A DNA stretch of 64,000 nucleotides from Candidatus Eiseniibacteriota bacterium. Lineage in GTDB: Bacteria > Eisenbacteria > RBG-16-71-46. A program made the position numbers and the translations under genes. The DNA lies in the NCBI GenBank assembly GCA_046327815.1, contig JAXLXR010000014.1:3706-67705 (forward strand). The letters are read 5' to 3'. Positions 46,494 through 54,957 of the stretch are shown here, in pieces; the first letter of the stretch is position 1, and every line of letters begins with the position of its first letter. The notes under the pieces were generated by a model. The model was not told the DNA's origin, did not search any database, and worked only from the letters and a program-made list of their open reading frames with translations.

Positions 46494-48535
46494 GCCACTT
46501 CCTCCTGTGCGGGTGCGGCGGCGCCGCACTCTGCGGACCGTCCATCCTCTTCGGGCGCGCGCCGGCGCATCGCGATGCGGTGCAGTTCGGCCACGTCCAC
46601 GATGAATGCCACGCGGCCATCCCCGAGAATGGTGGCCCCCATGACGGCTTCGACCTTGCGGTAGTTCTTCTCGATGCTCTTGACGACGACCTGCCGTTGC
46701 CCCAGCACGTCGTCCACCAGCACGCCGAAGCGATGTCCGTCGTTCTCGGTCACGACCACGATGCCCTGCTGTGGGTCCTCGACCGCGCCGGCCACGCCGA
46801 AGAGGCGCGACAGCCGGACCAGCGGCAGGTGCTCGCCGCGCAGCACGAACACTTCGCCGCGGCCGCCCAGCACCGTCTTGATGTCGTTCGCTTCCGGTCG
46901 CACCGACTGCCGGATGGCCAGGAGCGGCACGATGAACGTGTCGCGCCCGAGCTGTACCGAGAGCCCGTCGAGGATCGCGAGCGTGAGCGGCAGCCGGATG
47001 CGGATGCGACTGCCCTTGCCGGGCGTGCTCTGGACCGAAATCGCGCCGTTCAGCGATTCGACGTTCCGCTTGACCACGTCCATGCCGACGCCACGCCCGG
47101 ACACGTCGCTGACGACCGCGGCGGTCGAGAAACCGGCCGCGAAGATGAGGGCGTTCACTTCCTCGTCCGTCATCGGCTGGTCCTCGCGGATCAGCCCCTG
47201 GGCGAGCGCCTTCGCGCGGATGCGGTCGCGATCGAGCCCCTTGCCGTCGTCGGCGACCTCGATGACGACCGTGCCGCCCTCGTGGTACGCGCGCAGCGTG
47301 ATGACGCCCTCTTCGGGCTTGCCCGCGAGCGAGCGCTGTTCGGGATCCTCGATGCCGTGGTCGATCGAGTTGCGGATCAGGTGCGTGAGCGGGTCGCCGA
47401 GCTGCTCGATCACGCTCTTGTCCAGCTCCGTCTCCGCGCCCTCGATGTCGAGGCGTGCGCGCTTGCCGAGCTTCACGGTGAGGTCGTGCACGAGCCGCGG
47501 GAAGCGGTTGAACACCGTCCCGATCGGCAGCATGCGGATCGCCATCACCTGTTCCTGCAGCTCGCGCGTGCTGCGCTGCACCACCATCAGTGCTTCTTCG
47601 AGCTCGGGCGTCATCGCCAGCGCGGACACGGCCTGGTTCACCATGGCCTGCGAGATCACGAGCTCGCCCACGAGATTGATGAGTCCGTCCACCTTCTCCG
47701 TGGACACACGGATGGACGTGGACTCGACGCGGCGATCCACTCCGCCGGAACGGCGTTCCACGCGCGCGGCTGCGGCTGGGCCGGCGGCGCCCGCCGGCGT
47801 ATCGGGAGCCGCGGCGATCGCCTCGGCGTGCACTTCGAGCCGGCACGATCCCTCGACGAACATGAACACGTCGCGGAGCTCGTGCGCGGCGCGGGCGGAT
47901 CGCACCCGAATCGTCCACGCGAGGAAACAGAGCTCAGGATCGAGTTCGTCCAGCGGCGGCAACGCGGCCGCGCGGCATTCGGACGAGAGCACTTCGCCGA
48001 GCTCGGCGAGTTCGCGCAGCAGCAGGACCAGGTCCTGCCCCTGCCGGAAAAACTCCCGTTCGGGCTCGAACGACACCGAGTAGACGACCTCGCCCCGCGG
48101 TTCACCCGACAGCGCGACGGCCGCCGCGACGCCGGCTTCCGACGGTTGCGCGCCGTGGAGCACGGCCTCGAGTTCGGGCACGACGTCGTCGATCGGCACG
48201 ACCGAAGGTTCGCCGCGCCGGGTCGCGTCCACGACCTCGCGCAGGCGATCGGAAGCACGCAGCAGGATCTGCGTGAGGTCGGCCGACGGCGCGAGGAGGT
48301 TCGACCGCAGGCGATCGAACACGTTTTCCATCACGTGGGTGAGCCGGACGATCTCCTTGAAGTCGAAGCTCCCGGCGGCGCCCTTGATCGAGTGGGCGGC
48401 ACGGAAGATCGTGTTCAGGAACTCGCGATCGGAGCTGCTCTCCTCGAGGTGCAGCAGTCCCGACTCCATCGTCGAGAGATGCTCCGCGGCCTCCTCGAAG
48501 AAGGTCTCCTGGAATTTCTTGAGATCAATCTGCAT
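46490..48535 (-). CDS. cheA: chemotaxis histidine kinase CheA
   Basis: Last 681 codons of ORF 46490..49054. Start at ATG 48535 (MQIDLKKFQETFFEEA). HPt motif AAHSIKGAAGSF; HATPase motifs HLIRNSIDHG, DDGKG, GRGVGMD; C-terminal CheW-like domain. Confidence 0.9.
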   Translation of the reverse strand: MQIDLKKFQETFFEEAAEHLSTMESGLLHLEESSSDREFLNTIFRAAHSIKGAAGSFDFKEIVRLTHVMENVFDRLRSNLLAPSADLTQILLRASDRLREVVDATRRGEPSVVPIDDVVPELEAVLHGAQPSEAGVAAAVALSGEPRGEVVYSVSFEPEREFFRQGQDLVLLLRELAELGEVLSSECRAAALPPLDELDPELCFLAWTIRVRSARAAHELRDVFMFVEGSCRLEVHAEAIAAAPDTPAGAAGPAAAARVERRSGGVDRRVESTSIRVSTEKVDGLINLVGELVISQAMVNQAVSALAMTPELEEALMVVQRSTRELQEQVMAIRMLPIGTVFNRFPRLVHDLTVKLGKRARLDIEGAETELDKSVIEQLGDPLTHLIRNSIDHGIEDPEQRSLAGKPEEGVITLRAYHEGGTVVIEVADDGKGLDRDRIRAKALAQGLIREDQPMTDEEVNALIFAAGFSTAAVVSDVSGRGVGMDVVKRNVESLNGAISVQSTPGKGSRIRIRLPLTLAILDGLSVQLGRDTFIVPLLAIRQSVRPEANDIKTVLGGRGEVFVLRGEHLPLVRLSRLFGVAGAVEDPQQGIVVVTENDGHRFGVLVDDVLGQRQVVVKSIEKNYRKVEAVMGATILGDGRVAFIVDVAELHRIAMRRRAPEEDGRSAECGAAAPAQEEVA

Positions 48536-48597
48536 GGACGGCCGCTCCCTCGGACCGGTTGCCGTGTGCGTGTCCCGGTCGGACGCGCCCGGCACAC

Positions 48598-48906
48598 TCA
48601 CCAGGCGTCGGCGAGACCCGCGACGCGCATCGTCTGCTGGACGGATTCCGGAAGGTTGCTGAGCGCGAGCCCCGCGCCCTGTCCCTTGAGAGTCTCGTTC
48701 AGGGCGAGCAGAACTTGAACGCCCGCACAGTCGAGGTGCGTCAGGTGTTCGCAGCGCACCGTCACGTGACGGCCTTCCTTGCCGAGCTTGCGGGCGATCT
48801 CGAGGAGCCGGCGCGACTGCGCGACGCCGACCTGGCCCTCGAGATGGAGGATGCGGACATCCCCGGCCGCTTCGGCCCGGATGGGTTCCTTCGTCGCTTC
48901 CGCCAT
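48598..48906 (-). CDS. STAS-domain protein (anti-sigma-factor-antagonist-like)
   Basis: Last 102 codons of ORF 48598..49977. Start at ATG 48906 (MAEATKEPIRAEAAGDVRILHLEGQVG...LTHLDCAGVQVLLAL). Confidence 0.65.
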   Translation of the reverse strand: MAEATKEPIRAEAAGDVRILHLEGQVGVAQSRRLLEIARKLGKEGRHVTVRCEHLTHLDCAGVQVLLALNETLKGQGAGLALSNLPESVQQTMRVAGLADAW

Positions 48907-48941
48907 TTGCGTCTCCTTCCGCGTGGCCGGCTGGGCCGCGC

Positions 48942-50345
48942 TCAGAACAGCACGTCGTCCACGCTCTGCTGGGTCTGCGCTTCGGAGGGCGAAGCCGCCG
49001 GGGCCGGCGCCGCCGGGGCCGCGGCACCCGCCTCGACCGCGGACGCCTCGGCACGGGCCTCGCCGCCCCCGACCACCCCGAGCCCGAGGCTCGTCTGCTT
49101 CACGTGCAGCGCCACCTGGAAGACCTCGCCGCTCGTGCAGCGGAACCCCGCGACCAGGTCGAAACCCGATTCGGGAACTTCGCCCTCGGCGAGCGTCCGG
49201 ATCTCCGGGAGGCCCATCTTGAGGTCGAAACCGCGCGACATCAGGCAGGCGCGCATGCGGCCGGCGATCGTGTTCGCGAGTTCGCCGACGACCTCGTTCG
49301 CGCCTTCCTCGAACGTGATCTGGCGGCGCACGATCTGGCTCGCCATGCGCTCGACCTCGCTGCGCCCGCTCATGATGATCGTGCGCAGCCCGACGCCGGA
49401 GCCGCTGTCCATCTGGCCCAGCTCGGCGACGATGCCCGCGGGCACCTCCACGCCGTCGCCTTCGGCCAGCTCGGCGATTTCGCTGCCGATCATCACGCCG
49501 ATCGTCTGCTGCGTCGCGGTCACGAGCTCGGAGCGGAGCCCCTCGCGCACGATGTGCCGGAGCCGCTCGTACGGGCTCTGTTCGCGCAGCACGATGCGCC
49601 GGAAGTCGTCCACGAACGTCTGCGGGATGAAGGTCTTCTTGACGACGCCCGCGTATCGCGCGGCCTTCTCCGCGGCGACTTCGCCCGTCTTGGCCAGCAG
49701 GAAGAACTGCGGCGGATTGCTGCCCGTCTCGATCGCCATCTTGCGGATGACGTCCACGAGCAGGTCCTCGTTCATGAGCGGCAGGCCTTCGGCGAGGCAC
49801 ACGACGGTCGGCTTCGGCGACGCGTCGCGATACGTGATCGCGGCGCTCGTGCTCGAGCCGGCCTCGAGGATCTCGAACGTCGAATCGAGCAACGGCTTCG
49901 CGAACGCGAGGAAGTTCGGGTCGTTGTCCACGACGAGCAGGCTGTTGATCGAGCGGTTCGACTGCCGCTGCCGCCACTGCGCCACGCGGATCAGCAGGTT
50001 CTTGATGCGCGGCAGCACTTCCACCGGGTTGATCGGCTTGAGCAGGAAGTCCGCGACCCCGAGCGCCACCATCCGGTGGACGTTCTCGCGGGTGCCGGAC
50101 GCCGAGATCACGATCACCGGGATGTCGGGGCGCACGGGCGACTGCCGGATCGCCGCCAGGCAGTCCGGGCCCGTCAGGATCGGCATGTCGATCTCGACCA
50201 CCACGAAGTCGGGATCGGTCTGCTCGAGCGCGTTGAGCGCGATCAGTCCGTTGTCCGCTTCGATCACGTCCACGTTGACGTGGCTCAGCAGGCGCTTGAC
50301 CACGGCCCGCGCGGACCGATCGGGATCGACGACGAGTGCTTTCAT
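48942..50345 (-). CDS. REC - pseudo-REC - CheX/CheC-like phosphatase fusion protein
   Basis: ORF 467 aa. REC1: KALVVDPD...FVVVEIDMP...LLKP. The second receiver-like module (LLVVDNDP...VVCLAEGLP) lacks the acceptor Asp. The C-terminal CheX-like domain carries the ExxN motif (VVGELANTIAG). Ends in DDVLF. Confidence 0.7.
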   Translation of the reverse strand: MKALVVDPDRSARAVVKRLLSHVNVDVIEADNGLIALNALEQTDPDFVVVEIDMPILTGPDCLAAIRQSPVRPDIPVIVISASGTRENVHRMVALGVADFLLKPINPVEVLPRIKNLLIRVAQWRQRQSNRSINSLLVVDNDPNFLAFAKPLLDSTFEILEAGSSTSAAITYRDASPKPTVVCLAEGLPLMNEDLLVDVIRKMAIETGSNPPQFFLLAKTGEVAAEKAARYAGVVKKTFIPQTFVDDFRRIVLREQSPYERLRHIVREGLRSELVTATQQTIGVMIGSEIAELAEGDGVEVPAGIVAELGQMDSGSGVGLRTIIMSGRSEVERMASQIVRRQITFEEGANEVVGELANTIAGRMRACLMSRGFDLKMGLPEIRTLAEGEVPESGFDLVAGFRCTSGEVFQVALHVKQTSLGLGVVGGGEARAEASAVEAGAAAPAAPAPAASPSEAQTQQSVDDVLF

Positions 50346-50376
50346 GGCCCCGGCCTGCGTGGGTGTGGACGTACGT

Positions 50377-50994
50377 TCAGAAGAGTTCGATGTCGCCGCT
50401 GTCGAGCGACTGCTGCTGGACCGCCTTGCGGACGTCGTTCTGCAGCAGGTTGCGGTGGCGCGCGAGGCTCTCGAACGCGCTGTCGAGCTCTTCCCGGGTC
50501 AGGAACGGCGGCAGGTGGTTGGTGCCGGCGTTGAGGATCGCCATCTCCTTCGAGAACTGCTGCAGCGCGTCCAGGCGGCGATTGACGTGCGCGAGCAGCT
50601 GCGTCGCCATGTCCTCGAACTGCAGGCTCTGGATCGTCGTTCCCGTGGTCGAAGTCATCTCCGTCGTGATCTCGCGGATACGTGCGAGGGCCGGCCCCGG
50701 ATCGGGGCAGGCGAGCGCGTCGAGCGTCGCGCCCATCTCGGTGGTTCCGGCGGTGATCACGCGGAACGTGCTCGACAGCTTGCCCGCGGCGTCGCCGAGC
50801 AGGCCGCGCAGCTGTTCGAGGTCGCACGTGACGATCTGGAACTGCTCGTTCAGCGTGTCGTGCACGCCCTCACGGAGCTGCTGCAGGCGTTCGACCATCT
50901 CGCGCGAGCTCTCGAGGTACTTCGCGAGCGATTCCACCTCGGCGGCATCCGCCATTTCCTGTTCCCGGCTCACCGGCTTGTCCGACATGGTCAT
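50377..50994 (-). CDS. CheZ-like CheY-P phosphatase candidate
   Basis: ORF 50377..51048; the start is uncertain (51048, 50994 or 50988). The predicted protein is a helical, acidic sequence. LQFEDMATQ aligns with E. coli CheZ QDFQDLTGQ (D143/Q147). The C-terminal LDSGDIELF resembles the CheZ LLDSLGF tail. Lies immediately downstream of cheY. Confidence 0.55.
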   Translation of the reverse strand: MTMSDKPVSREQEMADAAEVESLAKYLESSREMVERLQQLREGVHDTLNEQFQIVTCDLEQLRGLLGDAAGKLSSTFRVITAGTTEMGATLDALACPDPGPALARIREITTEMTSTTGTTIQSLQFEDMATQLLAHVNRRLDALQQFSKEMAILNAGTNHLPPFLTREELDSAFESLARHRNLLQNDVRKAVQQQSLDSGDIELF

Positions 50995-51067
50995 TTCCGA
51001 TCGTGAAGGTGGGGGGATCGTGGGCGACTGCACGGCGCCGCGCCGCATGGGGCGCGACCGGCCGTCG

Positions 51068-51436
51068 TCACTTCGGCACGACCTTCCCGATCACCTGGAG
51101 CAGCATTTCGGGGTTGAACGGCTTCACGAGCCAGCCCGTGGCTCCCGCGGCCTTGCCCTGCGCCTTCATGTCCGCCTGCGACTCGGTGGTGAGCATCAGG
51201 ATCGGCACGAACTTGTACTCGTCGCGGGCACGGACCGCCTTGATGAACGAAAGTCCGTCCATCACGGGCATGTTCAGGTCGGTGATGATGAGGTCCACGG
51301 TCTGGCCGGTGAGCTTGTCGAGCGCTTCCTGACCGTTGCCACCGGTCAGCGGCTCGAAGCCCGCCTGCTTCAGCGTGTACGACACCATCTCCCGCATCGT
51401 CGCGGAATCGTCGACTACCAGTGCGGTCTTGCTCAC
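51068..51436 (-). CDS. cheY: chemotaxis response regulator CheY
   Basis: ORF 122 aa. Motifs: VVDDS, IITDLNMP, LVKPF. Confidence 0.9.
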   Translation of the reverse strand: MSKTALVVDDSATMREMVSYTLKQAGFEPLTGGNGQEALDKLTGQTVDLIITDLNMPVMDGLSFIKAVRARDEYKFVPILMLTTESQADMKAQGKAAGATGWLVKPFNPEMLLQVIGKVVPK

Positions 51437-51529
51437 GGGACAACCTCACAATGCGGAGCCGGTGGGCCTGCTTCTGCGGACCGTTCGACGCGCTCCGGCC
51501 TGCCCGGGAACGCGTGGTTGCAGCTCGCA

Positions 51530-51556
51530 GTATCGAAGGGAACGGAGAATCCTTGA
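51530..51556 (-). promoter_or_regulatory. sigma-28 (FliA)-like promoter candidate upstream of cheY
   Basis: The minus strand reads TCAA-N15-TTCGATAC, versus the consensus TAAA-N15-GCCGATAA (CGATA core intact, correct spacing). Lies ~95 nt upstream of the cheY ATG in a 163-nt spacer. Confidence 0.25.
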
Positions 51557-51599
51557 GAGCCCGGAGCGGGCCGGGCGCGAACGGCGGCGTGGGATCGCG

Positions 51600-52667
51600 T
51601 CATCCGCGCTCCCCTTCCGCCAGCGCGCGCAGCACGGCCGCGGGCATGTCCTGGAGCGGCAGCGTCTGCTCGGCGCCGCCGGCGAGAATGGCCTCGCGCG
51701 GCATGCCGAACACGACGCAGGTGGCCTCGTCCTGGGCGAACGTGCGGGCGCCGGCCTTGCGCATGGCGAGCATGCCGCGGGCACCGTCGTTGCCCATGCC
51801 GGTCAGGATCACGCCGAGTGCATTCGCCCCGATCGTCTGCGCGCAGGAGTCGAACAGCACGTCCACCGACGGGCGGTGCCGGTTGACGGGGTCGGCCGAG
51901 TACACGCGCACCGAATAGGTCGCACCGCTGCGCTGGACGCCCATGTGGAAGTTGCCCGGAGCGATCAGCACGTGCCCGGGCAGGATGCGGTCGCCGTCCG
52001 CCGCTTCCTTCACGCGCATCTGGCACTGCGAGTCGAGCCGCTCGGCGAACGACTTGGTGAAGTTGGCGGGCATGTGCTGCACGATCACGATGCCGGGCGT
52101 GTCCGGCGGCAGCGGCACGAGGAACTCGCGCAGCGCCTCGGTGCCGCCGGTCGAAGCGCCGACGGCGATCACCTTGTGCGTGCTCTTGAGCAGCGCGCCC
52201 GCGGGTGCGTGCACGGCGGTCGCGGCCGGACGGGCGCCGACCTCGCCGAGGCGGCGCGTCCGGATGCGCGCCCGCGCGGCGGCGTTGAGCTTCTCGACGA
52301 TCTCGTCGGCGAGTTCGAGCGTCCCGGTGCGCACGTCGAGCTTCGGCTTCGTCACGAAGTCCACGGCGCCCAGTTCCATGGCGCGCAGCGTGGTCGCGGC
52401 TCCCTGCTCGGTGAGCGAGGACACCATCAGCACGGGCATGGGGTGCGCGCGCATCAGCTTCTCGAGGAACGAGAGGCCGTCCATGCGCGGCATTTCGACG
52501 TCGAGCGTCAGGACGTCCGGGTTCAGGGACTTGATCTTGTCACGAGCGACGAACGGATCCGACGCCGAACCGACGACTTCCAGGTTCGGATCCTGCGAGA
52601 TGATCTCCGTCAGGAGCTGCCGCATGATGGCGGAGTCGTCGACGATGAGGACGCGGGTCTTCGGCAT
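51600..52667 (-). CDS. cheB: chemotaxis methylesterase/deamidase CheB
   Basis: Last 355 codons of ORF 51600..53147. Start at ATG 52667 with AGGAGAGG upstream. REC motifs ([14 protein letters not shown]). Catalytic motifs GASTGG, VQHMP, GMGNDG. Confidence 0.9.
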   Translation of the reverse strand: MPKTRVLIVDDSAIMRQLLTEIISQDPNLEVVGSASDPFVARDKIKSLNPDVLTLDVEMPRMDGLSFLEKLMRAHPMPVLMVSSLTEQGAATTLRAMELGAVDFVTKPKLDVRTGTLELADEIVEKLNAAARARIRTRRLGEVGARPAATAVHAPAGALLKSTHKVIAVGASTGGTEALREFLVPLPPDTPGIVIVQHMPANFTKSFAERLDSQCQMRVKEAADGDRILPGHVLIAPGNFHMGVQRSGATYSVRVYSADPVNRHRPSVDVLFDSCAQTIGANALGVILTGMGNDGARGMLAMRKAGARTFAQDEATCVVFGMPREAILAGGAEQTLPLQDMPAAVLRALAEGERG

Positions 52668-52675
52668 GGCCTCTC

Positions 52676-54307
52676 CTAGAAGAGCTCCACCGAGCTCGGT
52701 TGCGGCAACGTCAGCTGCTTCTTGATCTCCAGGTCGTGGCTCTTCTCTTCCCGCGCGAGGTCGCGGGCGACCGCGTCGCCGAGGGCGCGCACCATGGCCT
52801 TGGCGGTGTCCGTCGTGAACACCACTTCGACCGGCGCACTCCCGCCGAGGCGCGAACTGACGAGCGGAATGCCTTCCGCCTGGAGGAACTCCTTGATGAA
52901 CTTCGCGTTCTTCCGGGGCACGTCCGGGCTGAGCCCGACGTCGGAAAGCACGTGTGCGGCGCCGAACGCCTTCGCCTGCAGCCGGCGGCGGTCGCCTCCC
53001 AGCTTGAGCACCTCGTTGATCAGCACTTCCATCGCGTTGACGCCGAAGCGGGTCGGCATGGCGCGTTCGTCGAGGCCGTCGGGCAGCATGAAGTGATTGA
53101 TCCCGCCGATCCGCGCGACCGGGTCGTAGACGCACGCGCAGATGCACGAGCCCAGCACGGTGCGCAGGATGATCGGATCACGGCTCGCGCGGACGCCGCC
53201 GATGATCACGTTCACGCGCGGCAGGCTGCGTACGTCGGGCTCGGCGGCCCGCGTGCGCGCCGCCGGTGCCGCCGGCGCCGCCGGAGCCGCGGCGCGCGGC
53301 GCCAACGAAGGCTGCGGGGGCGACGTTCGGGAAGCCGCGGCCGGACGCTCCGGCGCGACGCGCGGCTCGGCGCCGCGGGCCGCGGACGGGCGGGATTCCG
53401 ACTCGCCCGCGCCGCGGCGGCGGTAGATCGTTCCGCGCAGCGGCTCGAAGAGATGGTTCAACCCGCTGAGTGTTTCGGAGTGCCCGATGAACAGGTAGCC
53501 GTCGGGCCGCAGCCGCTGGCCGAAGTTCTCGACGATCGTGCGCTGCGTGTCCTGGTTGAAGTAGATCATCACGTTGCGGCACAGGATCAGGTCGAACGGA
53601 CCCTTCACCCACCACGGGTGCTCGACGAAGTTGAGCTGGCGGAACGTGATCATCTGCCGCAGCGCGTCCGACACGCGCACCTTGCCCGAGTTCGCGCCGG
53701 TGCCGCGCCGGAAGTAGCGCTTCTGCAGGTCGGCGGAAACCGGCGCGATGACCTCTTCGGAGTACACGCCGGCCTGCGCGCGTTCGAGCACCTGCGTGTC
53801 GAGATCGGTCGCGAGCAGTTCGAGCGACCACTGGCCGTTGTTCGGGAAGGCGTCGAGGAACGTCATGGCGAGCGTGTACGGCTCCTCGCCCGTCGAACAA
53901 CCGGCGCTCCAGATGCGCAGGCGCCGCTCGCCGGTCTGCTTCGCGCGCTCGATGCACTCGGGAAAGAACGTCGAGGCCATGAAGTCGAAGTGGTGTTTCT
54001 CGCGGAAGAAGTCGGTCTTGTTCGTCGTGATCGCGTTGAGCATCTCGCGCAGTTCGTCGCCCTGCGGATCGCGGCGCATGACGAACTCGTAGTAGTCGCG
54101 ATACGACGTGAGCCCGCGGGCGCGGAGCCGCCGCGCGAGGCGCGACGTGACGAGCTGCTTCTTCGAGTCGCTGAGCGTGATGCCCGACTTCTCGTAGATG
54201 AGGTCGCGCAGGACGCGAAAGTCGGCGTCGGAGAGCGTCTGGAGCCCGGCTGCGGCCACGACGTCCTGCGAACCGGGCGTGCCCGGACCAGCCATGAAAT
54301 CCGCCAT
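52676..54307 (-). CDS. CheR methyltransferase - CheD deamidase fusion protein
   Basis: Last 543 codons of ORF 52676..54529. Start at ATG 54307 with GGGAGAAGG upstream. CheR: [45 protein letters not shown] ~65-aa Pro/Ala linker follows. CheD, in the same frame with no stop: [32 protein letters not shown]...GINHFMLP. Ends in SSVELF. Confidence 0.75.
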   Translation of the reverse strand: MADFMAGPGTPGSQDVVAAAGLQTLSDADFRVLRDLIYEKSGITLSDSKKQLVTSRLARRLRARGLTSYRDYYEFVMRRDPQGDELREMLNAITTNKTDFFREKHHFDFMASTFFPECIERAKQTGERRLRIWSAGCSTGEEPYTLAMTFLDAFPNNGQWSLELLATDLDTQVLERAQAGVYSEEVIAPVSADLQKRYFRRGTGANSGKVRVSDALRQMITFRQLNFVEHPWWVKGPFDLILCRNVMIYFNQDTQRTIVENFGQRLRPDGYLFIGHSETLSGLNHLFEPLRGTIYRRRGAGESESRPSAARGAEPRVAPERPAAASRTSPPQPSLAPRAAAPAAPAAPAARTRAAEPDVRSLPRVNVIIGGVRASRDPIILRTVLGSCICACVYDPVARIGGINHFMLPDGLDERAMPTRFGVNAMEVLINEVLKLGGDRRRLQAKAFGAAHVLSDVGLSPDVPRKNAKFIKEFLQAEGIPLVSSRLGGSAPVEVVFTTDTAKAMVRALGDAVARDLAREEKSHDLEIKKQLTLPQPSSVELF

Positions 54308-54550
54308 GCTGACGACCTTCTCCCGCTCGATGGGTCCTTCCCGGCGTGCCGCACGCGCGGCCGCCTCGGAACGAGCCTGCCCGTGCAAGGTTCGGACGCT
54401 TCGCCCGGGCCTTGAGGGCACGCGGTGCGGCGGGATCACCCGAAATCGTGCAATCCGCGCGGGGGGTCGCGGTGCGAGGGGGACTTTGGCGCAGTTTCGT
54501 CTTGTCGCCGTGAAGCACCCTCCGCACACTCGATGTCACAGGAGGATTTC

Positions 54551-54838
54551 ATGACCCGACCCGATTTCGAACGCAGCATGGCCGAGATTCGCGCCCGCAT
54601 CGCCGAACTGCCGGAAACCGAACGTGCTGCCCTCGAGGAACTCGCCGAGGAGACCATCCGGCGACACGACGACATCGTGCGCAACTCGCTCCAGAGCACG
54701 CGCGCACTCGAGCGGCTGGAGCTCGCCTGGGAGCGCATGGACCAGGCGTGCCGGCGCCTGACGGTGCTGGCCGAAGAGGCGCGCGACGCGTTCCGGCGAT
54801 CGCAGGCGCTGCCGCCCCCGGCACCCGGCCTGAACTGA
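54551..54838 (+). CDS. small coiled-coil hypothetical protein
   Basis: Within ORF 54425..54838. ATG 54551 is preceded by AGGAGG (54540-54545). The 95-aa protein has helical, charged heptad-like sequence. Confidence 0.45.
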   Translation: MTRPDFERSMAEIRARIAELPETERAALEELAEETIRRHDDIVRNSLQSTRALERLELAWERMDQACRRLTVLAEEARDAFRRSQALPPPAPGLN

Positions 54839-54957
54839 TCGCGACGCGCGCAGGCGCCCCACGCCGGCGACCGCGGGGGCGCCTTCGTGCGTGAAGTCCG
54901 GCGCGGGAACGCCGATACCCGGCGGGCGAGATCTTCCCACTCCCACCACCGGACGCC

